The notes below the pieces were generated by a model. That model saw nothing but the letters and a program-made list of their open reading frames with translations. It was not told the origin of the DNA and did not search any database. This document shows positions 1 through 9,665 of a DNA stretch of 64,000 nucleotides, piece by piece. Where the stretch lies: positions 2,752,001-2,816,000 of the forward strand of contig OZ250173.1 in the NCBI GenBank assembly GCA_965238075.1, given 5' to 3'. This stretch comes from Candidatus Entotheonellaceae bacterium. Lineage in GTDB: Bacteria; Tectomicrobia; Entotheonellia; Entotheonellales; Entotheonellaceae. Each line of letters begins with the position of its first letter. The stretch's first letter is position 1. The position numbers and the translations under genes were made by a program.

Positions 1-936
1 GGAAACGAAGGCGTTCGGCAGCCCGGTGAACACCAGGAAGCGGGCGAATATCATGGCGCCGATGAGGATGAAGAACACCAGCGCGGTGGTCTGTGCCGCC
101 TCGTTCAACGCCGCCGCGAAGTTGCGCCATGTCAGGCCGCCTGACAGCAGGGCCAGGATCAGCGCCCCCAAGGCCCCGGCAGCGCCGGCCTCGGTGGGGG
201 TGAAGACGCCGGTGTACATGCCGAGAATGATCCCCGCTACCAGGACGATGATACCCCACACGCCGCCGAGCGATTTCAGCCGCTCAGCCCACGAAACCAC
301 CACCTCGGAACGCGGCGCTAACTGGGGCCGCATCAGCGCCGACACCACGATCCCCAGCGTGAAGATCACCGTCAGCACGGCGCCGGGCCCCACCCCGGCG
401 ATCAGCAGAATGCCGATCGACTGCTCGGTCAGGATGCCGTAGATCACCATCAGCGCGCTGGGCGGAATGAGCATGCCCAGCATGCCCGCCGCTGCGATTG
501 TGCCGCAGGCGAAGCGTTTGTCGTACGCCCGCTTGCGCATTTCCGGCAGGCTGATGCGGGTGAACACCGCGCAGGCCACCACGCTGGAGCCGGTGCAGGC
601 GCCGAACAGGGCGTTGGCCCACGTCGTGGCGATGGCCAGGCCGCCCGGCAGCCGACCGACCCATTTGTACGCCGCGTCGAACGCCCGGCTGCTCATCCCG
701 GCGTGCGTGGCGAACAGCCCCATGAGGATGAACAGGGGCAGAACGGTGAAGGCGAACGAGGCAGTGGTGGCATACGGTGTCGTGGTCAGCAGCCCCAGGC
801 CGAACTTGATACTGCCGGTCATGCAGATGATGCCAACGAAACCCACCACGGCGAGCGACAACCCGACGTGAATCCCCAGCGCCAGCAGCACCAGCACCGC
901 GACGAAGCCGACGATTCCCCACACCATTGGATCCAC
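1..936 (-). CDS. dctM: TRAP transporter large permease (DctM family), 3' end outside window
   Basis: Manual translation from GTG at 936 (VDPMVWGIVGFVAVLVLLALGIHVG...); hydrophobic, contains GTLGMLIPPS-type and GVFTPTEAGA motifs; follows dctQ. Confidence 0.9.
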   Translation of the reverse strand, partial: MDPMVWGIVGFVAVLVLLALGIHVGLSLAVVGFVGIICMTGSIKFGLGLLTTTPYATTASFAFTVLPLFILMGLFATHAGMSSRAFDAAYKWVGRLPGGLAIATTWANALFGACTGSSVVACAVFTRISLPEMRKRAYDKRFACGTIAAAGMLGMLIPPSALMVIYGILTEQSIGILLIAGVGPGAVLTVIFTLGIVVSALMRPQLAPRSEVVVSWAERLKSLGGVWGIIVLVAGIILGMYTGVFTPTEAGAAGALGALILALLSGGLTWRNFAAALNEAAQTTALVFFILIGAMIFARFLVFTGLPNAFVS

Positions 937-946
937 GCCGTGCTCC

Positions 947-1450
947 CTATGGTTGCTTTTTGAGGTCTTGGAGCCGCCGCGCTATGTCGGCGACAAATTG
1001 CAGGCACAGAACAGCCGCGCCGAGGGGCACGACGAACTGCGACGGATAGCGGGGAATGTTGATCAGCCCGGCGACGTAATCGCCCACCAGCCACGAGGTC
1101 CAGGCCCACCCGAAGCCGCGCCACAGGATGGTGGCGTACACCATGATGCCGAGGCAGTAGGCCAGGATGTCCAGACAGATGCGGGCGCGCGGCGGCAGGC
1201 GCAGGGTGACAAATTCGACGCGGATGTGGGCGCCCGTTCGCTGCGTCGAGGCGAGGGCAAGGAAGACGATGAACACCAGCATGAAGGAGGCGACTTCGTA
1301 AGTCATGGGCACCGGGCTGTTGAACAAATAACGCCCGGTGATGTCGGCCGCCACCAGTACCATCAGCAGGAGTACGGAGGCTGCCGACACCGCGTTGGCG
1401 GCGGCAACCAGCCATCCCAGCGCCCGGTCGAGCCGCGATACGTCCTGCAT
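947..1450 (-). CDS. dctQ: TRAP transporter small permease (DctQ)
   Basis: 167 aa, 4 TM segments, AHIRVEF motif, between dctP and dctM. Confidence 0.9.
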   Translation of the reverse strand: MQDVSRLDRALGWLVAAANAVSAASVLLLMVLVAADITGRYLFNSPVPMTYEVASFMLVFIVFLALASTQRTGAHIRVEFVTLRLPPRARICLDILAYCLGIMVYATILWRGFGWAWTSWLVGDYVAGLINIPRYPSQFVVPLGAAVLCLQFVADIARRLQDLKKQP

Positions 1451-1469
1451 GGCAGCCTCCTTCGTGGCG

Positions 1470-2537
1470 TCAGCGAAAATCTGCCGCCCACTTGCGGGGG
1501 AACTGGTGTCCCATGGACTCCAGCAACTCCAGATAGCGCACCATTACCGCCTTGCCGGCCCGCCGCTTGCCCTCCATTTCCTCAATCCAGGTGCCAGGAA
1601 TGTCGGACAGGGCGTTGGACCATTTCACTTTCTCGTCGAACGGCATCTCGTGGAAGATCACGCCGGCTGCCTCGAACCCAGCCTTGGCCTCTTCGCGCCG
1701 GATGCGGATCAGGTCAGCGTTGCGCGCCACGGCTTCCTTGCCCACCTCCATCATCAGCGTCTGCAAGTCTTCCGGCAGGCTGTTCCAGAACGTCGTGTTG
1801 ATGGTGATCAGAATGGGCATGGCGGCGCCCATGTCGATCCACGTGGCGTGCTTGTTGAAGTCCTGGTACTTGTAGGCGAAGGAGATGTCCCAGGGTAGGA
1901 ACTCGGCCTCGACGACGCCTGTTTGCAGGGCCATATAGCGCTCGGCAACCGGCATGTGAATGGCCAGGGCACCGGCGCTGTTGAGGATTTTCGGGTGGTA
2001 GGCGCCGATGGAGGCGATCTTGACGCCATCCAGGTCGTCGAAGGTGACCAGGGGCCGCCTGGAGGTGAGGTTGTAGGTGTCGATGACCAGCGGGAAGAGA
2101 AGTTTCTGATTGTACTGCTCGATCTCGGCCTTGAGTTCCGGCACCTCCTCGAACATGCGTTGACAGGCGTCGAGGATCATCTTGGGGTCGCCCGGACCGA
2201 AGGGTACCGCGTAGGTCCAATTGACGAGCGGCAGCTTGCCGGCGTAGTAGGGCGCGGCGATGCTGCCCACCTCCACCAGCCCGATCTCGACGGCTTCCAG
2301 CTCCTCGCCGGCCTTGGTGAGGGCGCCCGCCCAGAAGAACTCCCAACTGATGCGGCCCTCGCTGCGCCGGGCGACCTCGTCGGCCCACCACTTGGCCGTT
2401 TCGCTCACCAGAAACGGCGGCGGCGCGATTGGCGACGTGAACTTCAGCCGCAACGTCTGCGAGACGACAGGGGCGGCGTACAACAGGGACAGGGTTACAA
2501 GGATGCCGATAGTCTTCATCAAACGGTTCGTACCCAT
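1470..2537 (-). CDS. dctP: TRAP substrate-binding protein (DctP family)
   Basis: Signal peptide MGTNRLMKTIGILVTLSLLYAA; ERYMALQTGVVE motif; start chosen at ATG 2537 after AGGAG. Confidence 0.85.
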   Translation of the reverse strand: MGTNRLMKTIGILVTLSLLYAAPVVSQTLRLKFTSPIAPPPFLVSETAKWWADEVARRSEGRISWEFFWAGALTKAGEELEAVEIGLVEVGSIAAPYYAGKLPLVNWTYAVPFGPGDPKMILDACQRMFEEVPELKAEIEQYNQKLLFPLVIDTYNLTSRRPLVTFDDLDGVKIASIGAYHPKILNSAGALAIHMPVAERYMALQTGVVEAEFLPWDISFAYKYQDFNKHATWIDMGAAMPILITINTTFWNSLPEDLQTLMMEVGKEAVARNADLIRIRREEAKAGFEAAGVIFHEMPFDEKVKWSNALSDIPGTWIEEMEGKRRAGKAVMVRYLELLESMGHQFPRKWAADFR

Positions 2538-2719
2538 CTCGTGTGATCTCCTTAACCCGGCCAAGCCGACGGGGACGTCCAAGGGTGGTAAACGCCGCGC
2601 ATCATAGCACAGCCCGACGTGCAGACCAGTTCGACCGAGGTTTCTGGAATTCCTGAAGGACCAATTGCTTGAATACCTTGAATACATAGATTTCATACGC
2701 CGTTAGGCGTCGTATCCGG

Positions 2720-2980
2720 TCATCCGTGGCTTCGGCGACGTACGTCATGCCGTTGCGCCAAGCGCTGAAGCGGAAGAGGTGAGCGTGCGCTGCTGTTCGG
2801 CTCGCTGCAGCGAGCCGACGCCGTTCCCGGCAGCGACGCCGACGTGCTGCTGGTGCTGCGCACGACCGATCTGCCGTTTTCCGAACGCGCCGCCGTGTAT
2901 CGGCCCGAGGGCGTTGGCATCCCTGTCGGTCTCCTCAGCCTATACGCGCGCTATACGCGCGTCGAATTTTGGATAACATG
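2720..2980 (+). pseudogene. Degraded minimal nucleotidyltransferase (MNT) gene
   Basis: Frame reads ERALLFGSLQRADAVPGSDADVLLVL (GS...DxD motif) but has no in-frame start; boundaries approximate. Confidence 0.6.
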
Positions 2981-3043
2981 CTGGCCGCCGGCAACCGCTT
3001 TGTCAGCCGGACACTGGCGCAGGGCAGGGACCTGCTTTGAGCT

Positions 3044-3796
3044 TTACCCACGCCCGACAAACGGCATCTTCGTCGCCATCACCGTGATGAACTGCACGTT
3101 GGCGTCCAGCGGCAACCCGGCCATGTATACCACGGCGTCGGCCACGTGCGCGGCATTCATCGTCGGCTCCACCATCACCTCGCCGTGCGCCTGCAGCGCC
3201 CCGCCCTGCATGCGCTGGGTCATCTCGGTGGCGGCGTTGCCGATGTCGATTTGACCGCACGCGATGTTGTACTTGCGCCCGTCCAGCGAGGTGGCCTTGG
3301 TGAGACCCGTCATGGCGTGCTTGGTGGACGTGTACGGCGCCGAGTTGGGCCGCGGCGTGGTGGCCGAAATCGAGCCGTTGTTGATAATGCGCCCGCCCAT
3401 GGGGTCCTGGGCCTTCATCAATTTGAACGCCTCCTGGGTGCACAGAAAGGCGCCGGTCAGGTTGATGTCCACCACGGTTTTCCACTGCTCGTAGGTGAGG
3501 TCTTCCAGCGGTATGGGTGGCGCGCCGGTGCCGGCGTTGTTGAACAGCACGTCCAGGCGTCCGAACGCCTCCTTGGTCTTGGTAAACAACGCCCGAATCG
3601 AGTCCGGATCGCTTACGTCGGTGGGAACCGCCAGCGCCCGCGAGCCCGCCTCGCCGGCTGCTTTCACCGTCTCCTCCAGGCGCTCGGCCCGCCGTCCGGC
3701 CAGCGCCACCGCGTATCCCGCCCGCAGCAACGCCAGCGCCGTTTCCCGGCCGATACCGCTCCCCGCGCCCGTAATGATCGCCACCTTGTCACTCAT
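3044..3796 (-). CDS. Short-chain dehydrogenase/reductase
   Basis: [17 protein letters not shown] motifs. Confidence 0.92.
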   Translation of the reverse strand: MSDKVAIITGAGSGIGRETALALLRAGYAVALAGRRAERLEETVKAAGEAGSRALAVPTDVSDPDSIRALFTKTKEAFGRLDVLFNNAGTGAPPIPLEDLTYEQWKTVVDINLTGAFLCTQEAFKLMKAQDPMGGRIINNGSISATTPRPNSAPYTSTKHAMTGLTKATSLDGRKYNIACGQIDIGNAATEMTQRMQGGALQAHGEVMVEPTMNAAHVADAVVYMAGLPLDANVQFITVMATKMPFVGRG

Positions 3797-4068
3797 CTCT
3801 TACGTCTCCTTCGTTCGTTATCTGCGATGAATGTTTCCTAAACCCGGCGCCCGCGACCTATGCCCCAGCCCCGGCTTCAACCAGTTTAGGCTATCGAATG
3901 CGACTCGTTTGCGCCAGCGGAATTGCGGCCCGGTTTTTCGCTTGACCCGACGCTGCTCCGCCTGCATATTAGCGCGTGGTTTCCAAGACATACGGGCTTC
4001 ACAGCCGAGGCAAGAATCCATGCCGTTCGGTCCGGCGCGGGCCATGCGGCAACAAGGAGGAAGGCGAC

Positions 4069-5325
4069 ATGATACGAACGGGTTCGATAGTGTGCGGGAT
4101 GCTGGCGCTGGTCGTGTTGCTGAGCGCCGGCACGGTCCTGGGCGACACAACGGACGTCAAGACCTTGTCAACGGTGGTGATCGAGAAGAGCGGTGCCCAC
4201 TGCCAGGACGATCCCAGTTGCTTCAATCGCTACCATCCGGCCATCAAACCGGCGGCACGGGCCAAACCGGGCCAGCAGATCGTTTTCGCAACGCGGGACG
4301 CCCTGGATACCGACCTGAATTTCGAGTCCACCGCCGATGACATGGCGGCGCTTGACCTGAATCTCGTCCATCCCATGACCGGCCCCGCTTACATCGAAGG
4401 CGCCGAACGCGGCGACGTGCTGGCCGTGACGCTGGTGGACATCGCGCCCGATCAGTACGGCTACACCCTTATCGTGCCCGGCTTCGGGTTCCTGCGGGAC
4501 AAATTTCCCGATCCGTTCATCGCCAACTGGCGTTTGACCCGGCTGGAAGCGACCTCCCCGCAGATCCCCGGCGTGGCGGTGCCGTTCAACGGCTTTATGG
4601 GCTCGGTCGGCGTGCTGCCCGGTGAGCCCGAAATCGAGATGATCCTAGCACGCGAGGGCGAGCTCGCCGAGGCCGGCGGCATCGCGCTGATGCCGCAGCC
4701 GACCGGCGCCCTGCCGGCGGACGTCTGCGGCCCAGAGGGAACGCACAAGGATACCTGTCTGCGCACCATCCCGCCGCGCGAGAACGGCGGCAATATGGAC
4801 ATCAAGCAGATTCAGGTCGGCACCACGCTGCTGCTGCCGTGCTTCGTGGATGGCTGCGGCCTGTTCGTCGGCGACGTGCATTACGCGCAGGGCGACGGCG
4901 AAGTGTCCGGCACCGCCATCGAAATGGGCGCCCGCGTGACCGTGGTCACGGAAATCCGCAAAGGCATGGCCGCTTCCGTTTCGATGCCGCACTACGAGGG
5001 CGGCGCGCAACTCAAGGCTATCGAGCCCTCCTCGTTCTATGCCACTACCGGCATCCCGATAAAGGCCGCCGGCGAGGTGCCGATCTACGAGACCTACCTC
5101 GACAGCCAGAAGATCGCCGCGCTGAGCAACTTGTCGGAGAACCTGACGCTGGCGGCGCGCAACGCCCTGCTCGGAATCATCGACTACATGGTCGAACAGA
5201 AGGGTTTCACGGCGCAGCAGGCGTACATCATCTCCAGCGTGGCCGTCGATCTGCGCATCGGCCAGTTGGTTGACGTGCCGAACTACACGGTGTCGGCCAT
5301 CCTGCCGCTGGACATCTTCAAGTAA
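4069..5325 (+). CDS. Acetamidase/formamidase (FmdA/AmdA family) with N-terminal signal peptide
   Basis: VHPMTGP, PPRENGGNMD, GDVHYAQGDGE motifs; AAGGAGG RBS before ATG 4069. Confidence 0.88.
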   Translation: MIRTGSIVCGMLALVVLLSAGTVLGDTTDVKTLSTVVIEKSGAHCQDDPSCFNRYHPAIKPAARAKPGQQIVFATRDALDTDLNFESTADDMAALDLNLVHPMTGPAYIEGAERGDVLAVTLVDIAPDQYGYTLIVPGFGFLRDKFPDPFIANWRLTRLEATSPQIPGVAVPFNGFMGSVGVLPGEPEIEMILAREGELAEAGGIALMPQPTGALPADVCGPEGTHKDTCLRTIPPRENGGNMDIKQIQVGTTLLLPCFVDGCGLFVGDVHYAQGDGEVSGTAIEMGARVTVVTEIRKGMAASVSMPHYEGGAQLKAIEPSSFYATTGIPIKAAGEVPIYETYLDSQKIAALSNLSENLTLAARNALLGIIDYMVEQKGFTAQQAYIISSVAVDLRIGQLVDVPNYTVSAILPLDIFK

Positions 5326-5421
5326 ACCCAGGGATCGCACGGCAAGGCGTGCGGTCCGAAAACGCGGGCCGGGTGCGAGGTTTCACGCCTCCCGCCCGGC
5401 CCGTGTTGTTTGTGAGGCGAT

Positions 5422-5988
5422 ATGAGGCGGAGACAGTTTTTGCACGCCGCACTCATCAGCGCGCTGGGGCTGGTGAGCAGCGGGCACACGCCCTACCGGC
5501 AATGGATGGTCTACCGGCAGCGGCACCTGCTGATTCTTACGGATCGCAGCGACCCGCCGTCCTATCCCCTGGGTAAACTGGTCGCCGCCGTTTTGGCAAC
5601 CCACCTGCCTGCCAGCAAGGCGAGGGTGACCCGCGCCCCGCACACCGAACGCATCGCCAGCCTTATCAGCAGCAAGCAACTCGACGTGGCCCTGATGTCG
5701 CCGCCTGACGCGGTCGCACTGGCCGCCGGGCTGCCGCCGTTCGAGGCATATGGGCCCGTCGCCCTGCGCACCCTCATCGCCCTCGACGGCTACCTGCTGG
5801 TTTGCCGCGATGACTTTCCCGCCCGTCACGCCTACGCCGTGACCAGCACCCTGGACCTGCACCGCGACGAGTTGCCGCAGGCCGCCGCAGCCAGTGCGGA
5901 GCCGCCCGCCATCCCCCTGCATCCCGGCGCGCTTGCTTATTTTGAGGGCATACCACCGTCTGCCGAGGAAGTGGAGGAGAAACACTGA
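5422..5988 (+). CDS. Exported protein with twin-arginine-like signal, possibly TAXI-like solute-binding fragment
   Basis: MRRRQFL start; C-terminal IPLHPGALAYF resembles TAXI binding-protein ends. Confidence 0.55.
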   Translation: MRRRQFLHAALISALGLVSSGHTPYRQWMVYRQRHLLILTDRSDPPSYPLGKLVAAVLATHLPASKARVTRAPHTERIASLISSKQLDVALMSPPDAVALAAGLPPFEAYGPVALRTLIALDGYLLVCRDDFPARHAYAVTSTLDLHRDELPQAAAASAEPPAIPLHPGALAYFEGIPPSAEEVEEKH

Positions 5989-6054
5989 TGCCTGACGCCA
6001 CCCCTGCGCCTAGTGACGTTATGGCGACTGGGAGGCGATAAGGAGCATGGGAAC

Positions 6055-6235
6055 ATGAAACGCAGTTGCGTCGTCACAGCCATATGGGACGCAGACGCGA
6101 GAGTTTTTTTACTCGGAAAGCGACATCAAAGGGTTGCACGTCGAGGCGGATACGCTGGAAGCGTTTGAAGCCTTGGTCGCTGATCTGGGCAAGCTGATGC
6201 AAAAGGTCAGTAGTGGTAGCGAAGCTGCGCGATGA
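6055..6235 (+). pseudogene. DUF1902-like (HicB-related) small gene, frameshifted in a T7 run
   Basis: Removing one T at 6104-6110 gives MKRSCVVTAIWDADARVFYSESDIKGLHVEADTLEAFEALV; AGGAG RBS. Confidence 0.6.
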
Positions 6236-6461
6236 GTAGTGCGTCAGCTTCAACTTTATAGACCATCCGATGCTCATCGGTGATGCGCCGCGACCAATAC
6301 CCAGCCATGCCATGTTTCAACGGCTCCGGCTTGCCCATGCCTGCAAAGGCTGCCCTTTGGCAATCCTTGATAAGCCTATTGATGCGTTGGAGGATTTTCC
6401 GGTCTGTACGTTGCCAATACAAATAGTCGTCCCAGGCATGCTGGGAGAAAATCAGCTTCAC
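6207..6461 (-). CDS. yoeB: Txe/YoeB family toxin
   Basis: AWDDYLYWQ, GKPEPLKH, WSRRITDEHR, C-terminal RYHY. Confidence 0.95.
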   Translation of the reverse strand: MKLIFSQHAWDDYLYWQRTDRKILQRINRLIKDCQRAAFAGMGKPEPLKHGMAGYWSRRITDEHRMVYKVEADALLIAQLRYHY

Positions 6462-6709
6462 TCCAGCAGTTCCCGCTTTGTCCCACCGCCGGCTGCCAGC
6501 TCGGCGATGGACTCGAGGAGGCGGCGTGCATTTTTCGGACTGCGGAGGAGGTAGGCGGTTTCCTCAAGCGCCTGATAGTCTTCAAGAGAGATCATGACGA
6601 CGGAGTCCCGATTTTTACGGGTGATGATGACCGGGGCATGATCATCGCAGACCTTTTCCATGGTTTCCGCAAGGTGATTCCGGGCGTGTGTGTAAGGTAT
6701 CGCGTTCAT
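6458..6709 (-). CDS. yefM: YefM/Phd antitoxin
   Basis: ARNHLA, PVIITR, LEETAYLLRSPKNARRL; overlaps yoeB start. Confidence 0.95.
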   Translation of the reverse strand: MNAIPYTHARNHLAETMEKVCDDHAPVIITRKNRDSVVMISLEDYQALEETAYLLRSPKNARRLLESIAELAAGGGTKRELLE

Positions 6710-6722
6710 CTGGTGTCCCTCA

Positions 6723-6752
6723 TGTTGTACATGTACAGGTAACTGTACAACA
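6723..6752. promoter_or_regulatory. YefM-YoeB autoregulatory operator
   Basis: TGTACA palindromes at 6726, 6732 and 6744 (last two 12 bp apart) within TGTTGTACA...TGTACAACA, directly upstream of yefM. Confidence 0.75.
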
Positions 6753-6784
6753 CAGAGACACGCCCAACAAGGGCGGGGAGCCGA

Positions 6785-6942
6785 CAGGGGAAGCGTATAT
6801 GGCGTTATCCGGTCAAGACGTATAGCAGATAACGCCGATTCCGCTCTGCCCGTCTACGTCGGGCCTTAACGCCTCGCTTGTGGCGCGATTCCCGGCGGAT
6901 CAGGTTCAACGCCATGTGGCGCAACACCGACATCGTTTGAGC
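6785..6942 (-). mobile_element. ISAs1-family right-end remnant (transposase C-terminus plus IR)
   Basis: Reads AQTMSVLRHMALNLIRRESRHKRGVKARRRRAERNRRYLLYVLTG* then a ...CCCTG terminus. Confidence 0.65.
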
Positions 6943-7163
6943 TCTAACATTCCCGTTCAAGCCGGGGACAGGCTCTCCCGACATAGGGGGAGGAAGGAAA
7001 ACGCCTCAAACCAAGACACCACGGGCCGTTTGTGAGGCAATATGAGGCGGAGACGATTTCTGTATGCCGCAGCCGTCCCTCCTCATACCGGCGCGTTGGG
7101 TTATGTCGACGGGCCAGCCCCCCACCTGTCGACGAGGCGTTGAAATGACTCTGGAGTTTACTT

Positions 7164-7514
7164 GTGGATGACTTTAACGCCGTTTGCGGAACTACTGATC
7201 TGTCACCCGGCAGCATGACCTGGGTCGCCGTGGACCGGGAGCGGGTGCTGCTGGCCAACGTCGAGGGAACGTTCTACGCTCTCAGTGACGTGTGCGGCCA
7301 CCTGCGCGCGCCGCTGTCGCGCGGTCGGCTGGACGGCTACAGCGTCGAATGCCCGCTGCACTTCGCCTGCTTCGATGTCCGCACCGGAGCATTGATCAGC
7401 GGTCCGGTCGCTACCGATGTGCCTACCTACCAAGTCTGCGTCGAGGACGGCACCGTGTACGTCAGCTCCCAACCGCAGGCTCGCCTGCTGGACGCCGACT
7501 CGAAAATGCCTTAA
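7164..7514 (+). CDS. Rieske [2Fe-2S] ferredoxin
   Basis: CGH...CPLH ligands, FDVRTG. Confidence 0.9.
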   Translation: MDDFNAVCGTTDLSPGSMTWVAVDRERVLLANVEGTFYALSDVCGHLRAPLSRGRLDGYSVECPLHFACFDVRTGALISGPVATDVPTYQVCVEDGTVYVSSQPQARLLDADSKMP

Positions 7515-7559
7515 TAATGTCCCTTCACTTCATCCACGCCACGCACCGAGGACCCACAC

Positions 7560-8204
7560 ATGGAAAAGTTCACGATCCTGAGCGGCATTGCGGCGCCCAT
7601 GGACATGATGAACATCGACACTGATCAGATCATCCCCAAGCTGCACCTGCGCACCATCAAGCGGACGGGCCTCGGCAAGGTGGTCTTCGACGAGCTGCGC
7701 TTCAACCCCGACGGCAGCGAAAAGCCGGACTTCGTGCTCAACCGCGAGCCATACCGCCGCGCCAGCATCCTCGTCGCCGGGGACAATTTCGGCTGCGGCT
7801 CGTCGCGCGAGCACGCTCCCTGGGCGCTGCTTGATTTCGGCATCCGCTGCATCATCTCAACCAGCTTCGCCGACATCTTCTACAACAATTGCTTCAAGAA
7901 CGGCATCCTGCCCGTCACCGTCGGCAAGGACGACTGGCGCCTTTTGCTGAGCGACGCCACCGACCCGGAAACCCCCCGGCTGACGGTGGACCTCGAAGCC
8001 CTGACGATCACCCGGCCCAACGGCGACCCGATCACCTTTGAAATTGACGACTTCCGGCGTGACTGCCTGTTGAACGGCCTTGACGACATCGGCCTGACGC
8101 TTCAGAAAGCCGACAAAATCGACGCCTTTGAGGCGGCGCAGAGAAAACAGCAGCCCTGGCTGTACGCCCCGGCTGGGCCTACAGCGAGCGTCAGTCGAGC
8201 GTAG
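7560..8204 (+). CDS. leuD: 3-isopropylmalate dehydratase small subunit (or paralog)
   Basis: [32 protein letters not shown]. Confidence 0.9.
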   Translation: MEKFTILSGIAAPMDMMNIDTDQIIPKLHLRTIKRTGLGKVVFDELRFNPDGSEKPDFVLNREPYRRASILVAGDNFGCGSSREHAPWALLDFGIRCIISTSFADIFYNNCFKNGILPVTVGKDDWRLLLSDATDPETPRLTVDLEALTITRPNGDPITFEIDDFRRDCLLNGLDDIGLTLQKADKIDAFEAAQRKQQPWLYAPAGPTASVSRA

Positions 8205-8246
8205 AAAACAAATCTGCACGAGCGTAGCGAGTGAAGGAGAAACGCT

Positions 8247-9656
8247 GTGGCGAGCCCGCAAACCCTGTTCGATAAAATCTGGCAGAGCCACGTCGTGGAC
8301 ATGCAGGACGACGGCACCACGATTCTGTACATCGACCGCCACCTGCTGCACGAAGTGCTGTCGCCGCAAGCCTTCGAGGGATTGCGGCTGGCCGGACGCC
8401 AGGTGCGGCGGCGCGACGCGACCCTGGCCGTGGCCGACCACAACGTTCCCACCACCGACCGTCGGCAGGGTATTGAAGACCCGGAATCGCGTCTGCAGGT
8501 CGAGACCCTGAGCATCAACTGCAAAGAATTCGACGTGCCGATCTTCGACATGCTGGACCCGCGTCAGGGCATCGTGCACGTCATCGGGCCGGAGCAGGGA
8601 TTCACCCTGCCGGGCACTACGGTGGTGTGCTGCGACAGCCATACCGCCACGCACGGCGCTTTTGGGGCGCTGGCGTTCGGCATCGGCACCTCCGAGGGCG
8701 AGCACGTGCTCGCCACGCAGACGCTGCGCACATCCAAGCCCAGGAACATGCGCGTGCTGGTCGACGATCCGCTGCCGCCGGGCTGCACCGGCAAGGACCT
8801 CATTCTGGCGATCATCGGGCGCATCGGCACCGCCGGCGGCACCGGCCATATCGTCGAATACGTCGGGCGGGCCTTTCGTGACTTGTCCATGGAAGGACGC
8901 ATGACCGTCAGCAACATGACCATCGAAGCCGGCGCACGCGCCGGTCTGGTGGCACCCGACGACAAGACCTTTGCCTACCTCAAGGGCCGCCCTATGGCGC
9001 CGCAGGGAGCGCAGTGGGACGCCGCGGTGGCCTATTGGCGGACGCTCAAGTCCGACGACGGCGCCGTGTATGACCGTGAAGTACGGATCGACGCGGCGGA
9101 CATCGCCCCGCAGGTGACCTGGGGCACCAGCCCCGAGGACGTGGTGCCGATTACCGGCGCGGTGCCCGACCCGCAGGAGGCGCCGACGGAAGCCAAACGC
9201 GCCGCTATGCGCCGGTCGCTCGATTACATGGGGCTGACGCCGGGCACCCGGATGACCGACGTGGCTATCGACAACGTGTTCATCGGCTCGTGCACCAACA
9301 GCCGTATCGAGGACCTGCGCGCCGCTGCTGACATCCTGCGCGGCCGGCGGGTTGCCGCCCATGTGGACGCGATGGTGTCGCCGGGGTCGTCGATCATCAA
9401 GCAGCAGGCCGAGGCCGAGGGGCTGGACCAGGTTTTCATCGCTGCCGGCTTCCAGTGGCGCGAATCTGGCTGCTCCATGTGCCTGGGCATGAACCCCGAC
9501 CGCGTGCCGCCCGGCAAGCGTTGCGCCTCCACCTCGAACCGCAACTTCGAGGGCCGCCAGGGCCGCGATGCCCGCACCCATCTCGTCAGCCCGGCGATGG
9601 CCGCTGCCGCGTCGGTCACAGGCCGTCTCACCGACGTGCGCCAACTGGCCCGCTGA
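8247..9656 (+). CDS. leuC: 3-isopropylmalate dehydratase large subunit (or paralog)
   Basis: [26 protein letters not shown]. Confidence 0.9.
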   Translation: MASPQTLFDKIWQSHVVDMQDDGTTILYIDRHLLHEVLSPQAFEGLRLAGRQVRRRDATLAVADHNVPTTDRRQGIEDPESRLQVETLSINCKEFDVPIFDMLDPRQGIVHVIGPEQGFTLPGTTVVCCDSHTATHGAFGALAFGIGTSEGEHVLATQTLRTSKPRNMRVLVDDPLPPGCTGKDLILAIIGRIGTAGGTGHIVEYVGRAFRDLSMEGRMTVSNMTIEAGARAGLVAPDDKTFAYLKGRPMAPQGAQWDAAVAYWRTLKSDDGAVYDREVRIDAADIAPQVTWGTSPEDVVPITGAVPDPQEAPTEAKRAAMRRSLDYMGLTPGTRMTDVAIDNVFIGSCTNSRIEDLRAAADILRGRRVAAHVDAMVSPGSSIIKQQAEAEGLDQVFIAAGFQWRESGCSMCLGMNPDRVPPGKRCASTSNRNFEGRQGRDARTHLVSPAMAAAASVTGRLTDVRQLAR

Positions 9657-9665
9657 GAGGTCTGC

